A stretch of 59,430 nt of DNA, filler included, from Sphacelaria rigidula (GCA_964200075.2; 10 parts of 10 records of this genome joined end to end with filler, not necessarily neighbours in it), one strand, 5' to 3'; positions 36,995 through 48,675 are shown, numbered from the whole stretch's first letter. The notes: generated from the letters alone by a model not told the origin. Numbers and translations: made by a program.

Positions 36995-38791
36995 CGAGAG
37001 AAATACACGCATTCAGAGCTTGTTATGATCCATGGCGGGGTATATAGGTCGCGGGTACTGTTGTGCGATGGATCAGTACCGGCGGTCCTGTGCCCTGAGA
37101 CTTGGGAGGCGTTCCGTTCCGATGCTTCGTGGGTTGGATCGAGCTGATGCTTCAACAATTGTGTTGTGTGCGTTCCGATAGCGTATACTCTGTCGGAAAT
37201 ATTAGTACGTGGTGCTCACGAGTACAGTTCACCGCCCTATGGCATAGTCCATACTGGCGATTCTGGAAATTCTAGAGTAGTGCGGAGGGTTCGGTGCTGG
37301 AGGAATAGGAGGTAAATCAAGCACTTTGTGCCGGGTCAATACTGTCGACTGTAGAGCGTGCGTACTACAAGTGCTGGATTATGGTTCTTGGGTCTATGCT
37401 GGCAGTCCTGAATCCTTCCCCGATCATATTTGAATCCATTCAATGCTCTCTAATAGTGTCTTGATCTGTTTCAAGTAGATCTGTTGTGATCTATGTGTGT
37501 GTTTTGTCATTTTCTTTCGCTTGTGATCGCTGTGTCAGTTCAACTCATGTTCTGGTCAAGTCGGCTTTTTTCAGACATGACAGATTTTTAGGGGGTGGGG
37601 GGAGGGGGGGAGAGGATAGATGTGGAAAAATTGACGCAACTTTTGATGTAGACATTGGTAGTAGACTGTTGTAAAGGCTGTGTCGTTTGTGCTGTTTTTC
37701 GTTGTGTGTGTGATTTTTTGTCGTCGATATCGCTGTTGCTTACCTTCGTCTCACAGCTTTGTTGGTATGAACGGAGAGGAGACAGTCATGTGGGATCGAC
37801 TCGCTGTTTTAGAACGTTCTCAACCACGTTACAATGGCGCGTTGTTGGACTAAAAAAAATGCAGAGGTAGGTGTTGGCTTTGCTCTCTCTAGTGTGATTT
37901 CAGTGAGCGCGCTGCTGTTGCCCTTGGCTGTTGGTATCAAGCACAGCGCATGCCTGAGAGATGATGGGTGGGTGTACTGTGAGGCCCGCAATACTACTGT
38001 AGGAGCACTTTGTGTGATGTAACGCATTCGGTTTTCCTGGTGTTGTTGCTGTCGACTCCACCCGCAAGAGTTTTCGGGATATGGCAATGTGCGATATCCA
38101 AACGGTTCATGTGCATCACATCGTACGGCCTCCTGCTTGAGCCTGCCCACGTCTTGTGTCATGAAGCAAACGTCGATCTCGGCAACTGCACGAGCACTTG
38201 CTTGCTGGTGGTGGATGTACAATATTTGTGGGAATGAAGGGTATTGTCGGGTCATGTATGTCGGCTTCTCTGTCAGATGCAAGCCGCAGATTTGCAGTTG
38301 AGTCCAACAGAAGGGAAATCCAACTGGATTTTGTGGGTGTGCGGGTTGGGCGTGCGGAATGAAGTAGGTGCGTGTACTGACTGTAGCGCGTGTTTGGATG
38401 TGTTGTTGGTGGTTCGATCTATAGTTCATGGTGTTAGTCATTAGTCGCTTAACTGATGAGTGTGTGGCGTTATGTATATCGGTGGTGAAGCTAAAAGAGC
38501 GAGCCACCAAGTAAGCAAGTAATTCGAAGAAGAGGGCAGAAGAAACTGTCCGTGATTATTTTGGTTTCGGAGAAACACGGGTGATAATTAATTATTCATG
38601 ATTTCTGGTGAGGTGCGGTTCACCATGTGCAATTTGCATTTGACGAAAAGTGCAGTCGCCGCGTCCTGCTGATCGGACTGGTACATCAACACAACACGCA
38701 ACACTACTGCAGTTCTCCGCAAGGTTTTCGTGGGTACGAACTCCGATAGTATGCTGCGCGCCCTGGTGGTCTAATGGTACAACTGACGCCG

Positions 38792-38985
38792 TTGATTGAT
38801 TGACTGCACTTTTTAACTGCTCCACCGGGGATCCAGCCGTGGTTACATGATGGACGTACCCGAGACAAAAACAAAACGGAAGCACTCGCTGAGGAAAAAT
38901 GAAGGAAACGAAAGAGGTACAACAGACGTTCAGAGTCAAGTAAGAAAAGGAAACACGAAAAAACAACAACAAAGCCACTAGGTCG
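38792..38985 (-). mobile_element. LINE-like 3' end with short (ATCA)n tail
   Basis: T-rich UTR, then AACCACGGCTGGAT, then TCAATCAATCAA on the minus strand. It abuts a SINE-A-like A-box head at ~38758-38790. Confidence 0.6.
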
Positions 38986-39480
38986 ATAATAAATGTGGGT
39001 CCGCTTCCGTCCAGGTAGGTTTAGTTTGGATCCACTCTGCACATGTGAGTGGACGCGTGAGGACGTACTTGAGTAGCGAAAACGGTTTATTTGATAGAGT
39101 CAGGCTGTGACGAAAAACAATGCTTTCATGATGTTGACAATAGATGATGCGATTGAGAGTGAGAAGCGGTCAATTAATGAGTAAATAGTTTCAGTTCCCA
39201 AACGCCCCTTCACGAGGCCTGGTACGCTTTTTGCGGTCGCTTGCCATTGAAGCCCTTGATATCCCTGAGTAGGATACCGACGCGTAGTTGTCACCACACG
39301 TCAGTGTTACAGGCAAAGAGGAGCGCACACATGGTGAAAACATGGTCAAGTTAAAGCGACTGATAAAACCTACTTACAATCAACGCTCGACTCTTAATCT
39401 CACGAAAACACACTTGACAAGTCAAAGCGGTGCACGAGTTCTGATTTAATCTGCGGTACCACAATGCAAGGCGAGTGCCA

Positions 39481-39571
39481 GGGGGTGTACTCATGATCTT
39501 TCAAGACCGTTGACCTCGCATCCCTACAAAGCCAGGACGGAGCACGCCGGGTGTTCGCCGGACCAGGCTCG
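39481..39571 (-). mobile_element. Family D element, 3' portion
   Basis: The + strand reads GGGGG-TGTACTCATGATC...GACCGTTGACCTCGCATCCCTACAAAGCCAGGACGGAGCACGCCGGG. Confidence 0.8.
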
Positions 39572-40423
39572 CAATCAATCACTGGGGGAGTGATGGGTTG
39601 ATCCCTTGTGACCGTGGACTCGTCCTGAGGAAGGGGAGAGGTTTGAAATGTGACTTGAAAAAGAGAGAAAACTAGACAAAAAATGCGATCGCGGTTTGTT
39701 TCGTGGTTGGGCTTCCGTAGTGGGAGAACGTGAGAAGGGTTGGCAAGACGACTCCAAAAAATCCGACAGACCTCAGGGGTAGTCACCATCCAATGCTTCG
39801 CTCGATATCAGGAATGAAGTGCAAAGATGAGTACCGGGGGGGAGGTGAGTCCACCCTCTGAGACAACAGACAACAGACTCGTCCCGAGGAGGGGAGGGGA
39901 GGGGGAAGGAATGAAAGTGAGACACGGAGACCAAAACACGGACGGCGATGGTCATGTTCTACAGCAGAATCACGACGAGGAGAGGTTTTCCGGGCAAACC
40001 TTTCAGCGCTTGCAATCGGCCCGCTCAAGACCTGGCGCCTCGCAGCGATATCATCCACATTAATTTATGAGTGTCTCTCATTCAATCAGCTCGTTTCTTG
40101 TTTCGAAGCTGAAGCTTGACTACTTCAAGAGTCCACGTTTTGTGGCGTTTATCCCACGCAAGATACACGGGAAAAAATCCCAAAACGTACCCCTGCGAAA
40201 TTAATCCTGCGGCAGACCAAATACGTGACAAACTACAGTGGTACAGCTGTGAATACGATCACAATGGGAATTGACTGTACAATATATCTTCATCACATCA
40301 AAAATACAAACGGACACAACAAGGCGCCCATCGAAAACGACCATATAGTCTCCCTACCGGGGGAAGGGGATAGATAAACCTATGGCGAGGAGGAAGAGAA
40401 GAAAACTTCCTCCCCCGAATTAA

Positions 40424-41248
40424 TTATTCATTGTTCGTGGCATGTCCCCGATGACGCAGCCCTTCCGATGACTCTACCCCCGCTGCCCCCACCGCAGCTT
40501 CATCGCCGACACCATCACCACTGTCGGCCTCGGGAGTCCAGCCCCCAGCAGCTTGTCGCATTATATCGGCGTACGAAGCCCTTTGATCTTCGAAACGTTT
40601 CAGTCGTGCAGCTCTCGCTAATGCAACCTCCTCCTCTGAAGCCTGACGATGAGCACAAGAGAGCAGGGTCAGAACCCCGAACAAACAGCAAACATCGCTT
40701 AGTTCTCGATCTGCCTCGGTGCAACTCGTGAGTTGTGTGTCGAACACGCGATGGCGTTGGGCGCCGCGTTCCTCAATGGTTGCGCCCGACTGACTGACAT
40801 CATTGCCGCGTGCGAGTGTCTTGCGAGAGGCACATGGAAGACGACCTCTTGCCTCACAAAACAATACACCGCCGGACGAATCCAGTCGATCGCTTTGCGG
40901 ACCATCCACCATATACACACGCTACGGACGTATCTCCTCTGCTGAACGACCAACGTCAGCCAACCCACGCATCCGGATCACACTTCGGAATTCTGCCACA
41001 GAATCTTGTCTGCTTGCTGAAGCATCAGCTAACGGAGTGGCGATGAAGGACAGCGTTGTTAGTTCTCACTGAAAACATACACATACACATCACGCACACC
41101 CACAACTCCGCGGTCCGTGTAGCCGCACCTGTGTCTGGTCCGACGCTGTCGGAGCAGGCGGCGCGAAAAACGGATTCCTATCTTTCACCACAAACCGCCG
41201 ATACATCCACATCATCACAACGATGGTGACCACAATTAAGAACAACAT
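40424..41248 (-). CDS. Small single-pass membrane protein, exons 41129-41248 and 40424-40642 (5' end uncertain)
   Basis: Hydrophobic MLFLIVVTIVVMMWMY followed by RR. Donor cag|gtgcgg and acceptor cag join in phase 0 to ASEEEVALARAARLKRFE...NNE*. Confidence 0.6.
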
Positions 41249-42179
41249 GGTGCGCAGTCGCCCCTCCCGTAATGAGGCGTGCCCATCGCCAAGCCCCAAG
41301 CTTCCCAAGGTCGGCGGGTCCGGGTGAGCCCAAGGTTTATCCTGCGCAATGGGGGTTCACGACGACATGTTAGAGGGCGCGCTTAGTCAGGCGCGCAGTG
41401 TGTTCACTTCTCCAGGAAGCTTTCGGGACAATAGGGGTACGCATCCGTTCTTGTGGGATGGACCGAGGGAATGTATGTGCGCGGCAACGCGGCTTTTGGG
41501 CGTTTTGAGCATGTTCACGGTTAAGACGGATCATCACGACTAAGAACTACCAAATTCACGATTTCTTCGGCCNNNNNNNNNNNNNNNNNNNNNNNNNNNN
41601 NNNNNNNNNNNNNNNNTTAATTAATTAANNNNNNNNNNNNNNNNNNNNNNNNNNNNNNNNNNNNNNNNNNNNCGGGTAATCAGGCCGAAGAAATCGTGAA
41701 TTTGGTGATTTTGAGTCGTGATGGTTTGTCCCAACCGTGAATAGGTGCCTGCGGCGCTGATGTGGACAAAAACACGTCCTGGAAGAGCTATGGTATTATA
41801 TTAACGGAGAATTTGGGACTGTCAGCCCCTCTGAAGATCTAAATGTCGGTATCCATTCTACAATCAAGCAACAACCATTGTGTCCGATCATTTGGTAAAC
41901 TCTACTCTATAGCATTGATCCATACTACAATCAAGTAATATCAACCATGAACAATTTGGAGGCGAACTGGGGCAGTGTGTTCTTCATTGCCCCCCCCCCC
42001 CCCTTCTCCTCCCTTTTCCCCTCGTTCGAAGTAAACTGCTTCCCATTTTTCTCCCAACCCCTCAACGAGCAACTCCTGTTGCCATTCTCTAACACGAGGG
42101 TCCATCCGGTATAAATAGATTGAATGCAACACTATTATAGCCGCGAGCTGAACATTCACACTACTGTTATGTTGTACCG

Positions 42180-42477
42180 TAATAAAAAAACCAGTTGTAG
42201 TACTACTACTGTACTCTACCTTTTCCTTCTTCATCGTATCACGTCGTCTGTCTTGATTCTTCTGGATCCTATTATCATCCATTTGTTTTTGTTTCCTTCT
42301 ACGGTACGAGTACATCGGGTTGGGAAGTTAGCCTGTGACCACGGAAGGCGTCCGCATCAGATATCCAGTGCGGAAGCTACGAAGGAAGGTCCCGCGCAGA
42401 GATCGGAACGGTCTTTAAATGCGACGACAACAACAATAGCAACAACACCAGCACTACCAACCACAACAACAACAACT
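42180..42477 (+). mobile_element. LINE-like 3' end with (CAA)n tail
   Basis: T-rich UTR, GTGACCACGG motif, degenerate CAA repeat tail. Confidence 0.55.
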
Positions 42478-43010
42478 TTGCGGTACTCTGCCTACCCCCT
42501 TTCGCGCAGCAAAAAAAACAGAAAAAAAAAAAGTAATGAGTATATTACTACTGTTCCGAAATGAACACCGCCCGTTGACCATCTCTCACCTCAGTCGACC
42601 GCCCCGTCGAGCCAGCCAAGATTACATCCCCGCTTTGCAGCACAACGCCTCCGAGGGCAACATCACCAGTCTGCAGTCCCTCCTGTGCCCTCCAGTCCTC
42701 GGTAATGTTGAGGAGCATGTTTGAGAAGAGCACCCCAAAAAGGCCGTCCTGTAGCCCTCCCTCCCCGTGGGGGTTTGTTTCACCTTGCTCCTATCATCCA
42801 CTGCCAGCAGAGCACTGGCACTGCTTCTTTAATATCGCGCACTGCTACCATACAGATCACAGATCGGTAGATGATGCCCGCAGGCACGAGAGGGGGGCAG
42901 AGGCAGATAAACGTCACGATGTCGCACGAGTGATGATGCGTAGTGTTGGGGGAGGAAAACCTGCATACACTTGCGAGGAGTTCCTGTTGGTTTGGTTGGC
43001 GCCACGACGC

Positions 43011-43205
43011 ACACACACCGCAGCTCTCCGAAGTGCTGCGGTGCAGAGTCCGATATTTTTTAACATTTCCAAAAATAAAGGTTTGGAGTGAAAGATAAGC
43101 CGCTTCGTTTCCGGATAACTCTCAACACAAGTCGGAAAAAGTACGAAAATTTCCGAGATCTCCGAAGAAATAGCATCAATCATCATAGTCCTTATTTATT
43201 TATTA
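43011..43205 (+). repeat. Interspersed repeat, second copy at ~44553-44743
   Basis: Shared GCAGCTCTCCGAAGTGCTGCGGTGCAG...AAGCCGCTTCGTTTCCGGATAA...GAGATCTCCGAAGAAA. Confidence 0.85.
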
Positions 43206-44080
43206 ACACTTGGACATCGAGAGCATTATGGATCATCCGTTGAAACGGCATCTATTTCACTCGAAAATTGAAGGCAAGAGCAGATGACCTACCCCCGCGG
43301 TCAGAGCCTTGGCGGTGCGGGTAGTCCATCTGGATCACGCGTACTTTTTTCAACTGAAAATTGATGCCGATTCAGCAGGTAACCTTGTGAAATCGGACTC
43401 CCAGAACCATGTGGTTTGCACGCAGGGGCCTTTCGGTAAACCGGCATAATTTTTTGTTGAAAACGACTGAAAATGATGTCGATTAACAAAAAGGCCTCTA
43501 CGTGCAAACCAAATGTTCCTGGGAATCCGGTCCCAAAAGGGCATTCGTAGTAAGTAGTCCATCTGGATCATCCATAATTTTTCAAGTGATATTGATGCCG
43601 ATTCAATAGGTGACCTACTCTCGCCGTCTAAGAGATGTGCACGCCATACGTAGTGAAAATGATAGCATAGCACATACATAGTGTCGCGCACAGGAACTCT
43701 GCCATAGCTGTCAGACACAGCATCGCGAGGACAGAAGGCAGCGCCGGAGTACCTGGCAATTTGCCGTAGATTGCGAAGGTAGTCCATCTGTATCATGTAC
43801 AATTTTCTCAAGTGAAATCGTTGCCGTAACCCTCAGACGGTGAGAGTAGGTCATCTGTTGAAGGTGAGAGTAGGTAATCTGTTGAAGGTGAGAGTAGGTA
43901 ATCTGTTGAATCGACACCAATTTCACTTGAAAAAAGTATGCACAGTACAGTCCAGATAGACCACGTTCGCGGTCTACGTCGTACGGGTCAACCATTCGAC
44001 AAGAAAAGTGAGAACGCACCCTGAGAGTAACAGTGATTGTGGCGGTTTTGGTGATTTTGTCTTTTTTGTAGGCTACGGAG

Positions 44081-44371
44081 CGTTGGGCTACAAATGTTTA
44101 TGGTTGACACATTTACAAGTATCGCTACTCCTAACCCTGACTCCAACCCAACGCATGCCGAGAACCCTCGGGCAAGGGCGGCACATGGCGTTCCCTAGGC
44201 AAAGTGCGGCCTTGGGGGTACCCCGAAATCGGCGCCTGTGGCGCCGATTTCAACGAAAACGCGTTCTGCGCACGCGAGGAGCACACGGGACTGTCAGCCC
44301 TACTCAAGATCTGATTCTCATTGTTCACACTCAAATCAAGTAATATCAACCTGAACACTTGTAGCCCAACG
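44081..44371. mobile_element. MITE with 20-bp TIRs and internal degenerate CCCTAA units
   Basis: TIRs 44081-44100 and 44352-44371 match at 18 of 20 positions. The interior matches 55430-55575 in reverse complement and ~41755-41955. Confidence 0.7.
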
Positions 44372-44912
44372 GTAGTTCACCCTTACACGTCGAGAGTAGG
44401 TCATCTGTTAAATCGGCATCAAGTTCACTTGAAAAAAGTAGGCATGATCCAAAAGGACTACCCGCATCGCGGTCTAAGGGTTAGACCGCGTGGGTAGTCC
44501 ATCTGGATCGTGCATACTCTGTTCAAGTGAAATTGGTGGCGATTCAACAGATCACACACGGCAGCTCTCCGAAGTGCTGCGGTGCAGTCTGATATTTTTC
44601 GACTTTTCCAAAAATAAAGGTCTGGAGAGAAAATCAAGCCGCTTCGTTTCCGGATAAGTCTCCACACAGAGAGTCCGAGAAGTCCGAAAGATTCTGAGAT
44701 CTCCGAAGAAACGGTGTCGATAATCACAGTCCGTATTCATTAAACCTTTTACCGATAGACAGCGAGAGCAGGACATCTGTTGAAGCGGCATCAATTTCAC
44801 TTGGAAAAGGTATGAATTCATGCACCGGCCAAAGGGTCAACCCTTTGATAGCGAACGTGGAACATCTGTTGAATCGGCATCAATGTTCACTTGAAAAAGT
44901 CATGCATGATCC

Positions 44913-45031
44913 GCAGAAGGAAGGTGGGGTACAAAAAACAAACAAAAGAGAAAAATCTACAGCGTGACCCCGGCTGGTGCGCCCACAAATATCGAATGGT
45001 GCAGACTGGTGCCCAGAAGAAATGGGACGAC

Positions 45032-45089
<58 letters not shown>
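44913..45089 (+). mobile_element. 5'-truncated SINE B with long (CA)n tail
   Basis: Matches the SINE B 3' half. TSD CATGATCC (44905-44912 and 45090-45097) splits a family C unit. Confidence 0.88.
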
Positions 45090-45093
<4 letters not shown>

Positions 45094-45492
45094 ATCCAGA
45101 CGGACTACCCTCGCGGTCAAAGGGTTAACCAATCCTGTGACCGCGAGGGTAGGTCACCAGCTGAATCGGCATCAATTTTCACTTGAAAACAGTGGGCGCC
45201 ATCCAGACAGGCTACCCGCACCGCGGTCGAAGGGTTGACCCTCATCATGCATACTTTCTTCAAGTGACATTGATGCCGATTCAACAGATAACCTACTTCT
45301 CTCGCTGCCCAGGGGTGGAGCTTTTGACAGCCCATTGACTGCGAGCGGTGGTCCATTTATGAATCGGAATCATTTCCACTCATTTTTCATTCACTTTTCA
45401 GGTGCAAGTGTTGCTGATTCACAAACGTCCCCCTTTTTTGGCGCCCAGACGCTTTCACTGGTACAGCACAGTGCATAATCTGGGACTTACTA

Positions 45493-45701
45493 GAGGTATC
45501 TCAAACTCGGCTCCCGGTATCCTGGTTTATTCGCTGGCTCTAGGTTGTGTACTGTTTTTTCAAGTGAAAGTGATCGCGATTCATGAGAGGACCTGACCTG
45601 GCAGTCAAACGGTCTCATCATCTGATGAAGCGGCATCACTTTCACTTGAAAAAATAGAACAGAACAAACCAGGATACCGTGAGCCGAGTTTGAGATACCT
45701 C
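45493..45701. mobile_element. TA-flanked MITE (Tc1/mariner-type signature); shorter relative at 54355-54439
   Basis: TA|GAGGTATCTCAAACTCGGCTC...GAGCCGAGTTTGAGATACCTC|TA. Confidence 0.82.
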
Positions 45702-45846
45702 TACTACAAGCATTGCCATTATTTTCGAGTGATTACGATGTCAATTCAGCAGATGAACCATTACACTCGAACTCGAATCCTTTGGCGGTCGCAAGATTTG
45801 ACCGTTTGAGCGCGGGTCTCGGCACATTAGTTTTTGATAAAAATCA

Positions 45847-45964
45847 TGCGGTGGAAAACAAAAATTCCGATCTGATGGGGTCGTAATTTCAACCATAGTC
45901 GTCAATTTTGAAGATGGTTGAAATCACGACTCCCATCAGATCGGGATTCTTGTTTTCCACCGCA
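45847..45964. repeat. Imperfect palindrome with ~50-bp arms
   Basis: 45847-45896 is the approximate reverse complement of 45914-45964. Confidence 0.85.
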
Positions 45965-46741
45965 CTTTTTCGATCGGAAAATGATGCGCGCAGACACGGA
46001 CTGAGCGCGGGGCCGCCCATTTGAGGGTTCAGGACAATGTGTACCAGGCAGGTATGCATATGCAGCACTTTGTATACGACCATCGGCTTGTCTTTCTTTG
46101 ACGGGATCGTTCCCGCCTCGAAGGTCACACGGACTCTCGGACACCGAGAGTACAAATATATAATAGGTCTCATGTAATGAACGGGCATCAATATTACTTG
46201 AAAAAAAAGTCTGCATGATCCAGATGGATCACCCTTGCAGTCGAAGGGTATTTGAATCGGCATCAATTTCACTTGAAACAGCGGAGTATCTTGAAGTTTT
46301 CTTCAGGATGAAATTTATTTGTGCCGTTACCGGCTTCTATCCTGATCCTGAAGTGGGAAGAAACAGCTCCACAACTACTCTCTTGTTCCATACCTTCAGC
46401 TCCGAAATGTCCGACCTAATTCCTCTACATCCTTGTGATCTTGAGGCGACCTAAAGTTTTGGTCGTATATCTATGGTTGATTTTTTCGAACAAACTAACG
46501 ATAACCCTAACCCTAACCAGGAAAAAAAGAAGAATTTGCAGCTGCTCCCGTGATATATCAGTTCCTTCGGTGCAGAAGATTTACCTGAAATTTCAGCGCA
46601 AGAGTCGTCGAATTGGGCCGTGCGTTCAACATTTTCCGTGACGCTGCTGCACCCGTATAAATCAAGTGATGGGAGGCTCCAATTATGGAGGTCATGAGTC
46701 CGACTCCCGACAGATTCCCCTTTTTTTCCGTCCGTCGTTAA

Positions 46742-46839
46742 CCCTTAGACCGCGAGGTTAGTCTTCTGTTGAATCGGCATCAATTTCAAGTGAAAAACAG
46801 TATGCATGATACAGAAAGACTTATCTCACGGTCTAAGAG
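46742..46839. mobile_element. 98-bp piggyBac-type MITE (family C), second intact copy
   Basis: TTAA at 46738-46741 and 46840-46843. Nearly identical to 25800-25898. Confidence 0.88.
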
Positions 46840-46956
46840 TTAAGGTTACACATTATGCAGTACATTTTACTTATTTATTTATTTCCATTCAGCGGCGGTG
46901 CCGTGTGTTACCAGGTTGGTCTACACTCCACAGTGATATGCTTACATCGGATAGCC

Positions 46957-47309
46957 GGTTGCCCCGGTGGCTCAGTTGGTAACCTCGAAACCTTCGGACA
47001 GTTGGGTCGTGGGTTCAAATCTCCGAGCGATCTGGGATTTTTTCTCACACCATGCCCAACAGTGGAGAGGGACTATTATGTCGTGGGTACACGAAATTCG
47101 ACTTGACGGTCGACGAGGGAAAGGGATTGCTGAACCCCTCTCGCGATAAAAAATAAAGGGAAGCACCGCAGAAGGAAGGTGCAGTATTGAAAACAAACAA
47201 ACAAACAAAAAACTCCTGTGTTGACCTTCCTCCTGTGTGACCCCGGCTGGTGCGCCCACATAAACCGAAAGGTGTTGCCCGGCACCCAGAATAGATGGGA
47301 CGACAACAA
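46957..47309 (+). mobile_element. tRNA-derived SINE, family B, full length
   Basis: TGGCTCAGTTGG A-box and GGTTCAAATC B-box. Candidate TSD ACATCGGAT (46944-46952 and 47310-47318). Confidence 0.9.
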
Positions 47310-48205
47310 ACATCGGATTCATTTGGGAAACTGGGAAAGATGTGGTGTGAGCAACTTTTAGTCGCCTTTGAGCGGGCCCAGCTCGTATTTCACGGTCCGA
47401 GCAGCACCCAGGCATGGTTGTGACTGATGACATCGTATAAATGGGATGTGGTGAAAAATAACAGTATTAACCCTTTTGGGACCGGGCCTCCAGAACGACC
47501 AATGAGGCTGGTCAGGAATGACGTGNNNNNNNNNNNNNNNNNNNNNNNNNNNNNNNNNNNNNNNNNNNNTTAATTAATTAANNNNNNNNNNNNNNNNNNN
47601 NNNNNNNNNNNNNNNNNNNNNNNNNAGGAATTACTGGATTGATTGACGGCGGTTGTCATGACTTGGTCGGGCTTCCTCTGCTTGCAAACAGAGTTGTTGT
47701 CCACTGGGGTACTGTCGCCCGCAACCAATGATGCGGTTTTATATCGCGCGCATCATATCGCATCATATCGCGCGCGCAGCACAAGGCACGGCTTCGGTAC
47801 AGCGAAACGAACCCCCCACACAGACGGACGAATGTCCACCAGCAGGCTATAACTTGTCGTACGCGACTGGCATCTTTTATGTTCTATTTTTTTACGGCTC
47901 TGGCTACTTATGTTCTCTTCGAAACATCCATTTTTTTCTTTTTCGGGTCTCGCTGTTTGTTGTCTGTTCTCTTGGTGTCTTGAAAGTAAACTATTCTGTT
48001 CTATTCTTTGGGGGCTGTCGCTGTTGAAACGTCCATTCTGTTCCATATATTTCGGCTCTCTCTGTTTGTGGTTCGCTGTTGAAGCGTCCATTCTGTTCTA
48101 TTTGTTTTCGGATCTCGCTGCTGTGTGTGGTCTCTTTTTTGCTGCTCCTGACCGCGTGGTTTTTGATGTAAATTAGTGTTCCGAGAAGGATCACACGCTT
48201 ACTTG

Positions 48206-48227
48206 AATAATAATAGTAATAATAATA

Positions 48228-48319
<92 letters not shown>

Positions 48320-48322
48320 GAA

Positions 48323-48370
<48 letters not shown>

Positions 48371-48494
48371 GTAATAGTAATAGTAATAGTAATACTAATA
48401 CTAATAGTAATAGTAATAGTAATAATAATAGTAATAATAGTAATAAATAGTAATACTACTAATACTAATAGTAATAATACTAGTAATAATAATA
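48206..48494 (+). repeat. Long (AAT)n/(AGT)n microsatellite, probably an expanded retroposon tail
   Basis: About 290 bp of AAT with variants, following a T-rich internally repetitive tract (47870-48205). Confidence 0.95.
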
Positions 48495-48675
48495 TATTGG
48501 GTGCGTCTTCGTTGCCCTTCAGCTGAAGATCCTACAAAATGTGGTTGAACACAACAAGGAGGTTCAAGGGACATAACTAAAGTACAGGTTTGGTGCCAAA
48601 CAGGTGTGCCAAGGGAAAGCATCTTCGCAAAAGCAAATATGTAGCAGTCAAGCAGGTGTCCCTACGTGCTCCGAA

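Larger units (their letters stand above)
43230..46280. repeat. Cluster of degenerate family C (piggyBac-type MITE) units in both orientations with nested insertions
   Basis: Many copies of GAATCGGCATCAATTTCACTTGAAAAAAGTATGCATGATCCAGATGGACTACC and its reverse complement. A similar cluster lies at 54265-54680, and another copy at ~55995-56075. Confidence 0.85.

Noticed and set aside
40922..41068. Possible exon beginning with an in-frame TGA (selenocysteine) in the small membrane protein gene
   Set aside because: It would need a ~60-nt intron, no SECIS was identified, and direct splicing to 40642 gives a clean frame.
41510..41745. Apparent inverted repeat spanning the spacer
   Set aside because: The same repeat family terminates two unrelated contigs, so the hairpin is an artefact of concatenation.
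42595..42700. Possible isolated exon (cag...gtaatg)
   Set aside because: Plausible splice sites, but no recognisable protein or partner exons.
46957..47030. Functional tRNA genes at SINE heads (also 2931, 9950, 35462)
   Set aside because: A/B boxes are present, but there is no proper cloverleaf or acceptor stem, and each continues into a shared body and tail.
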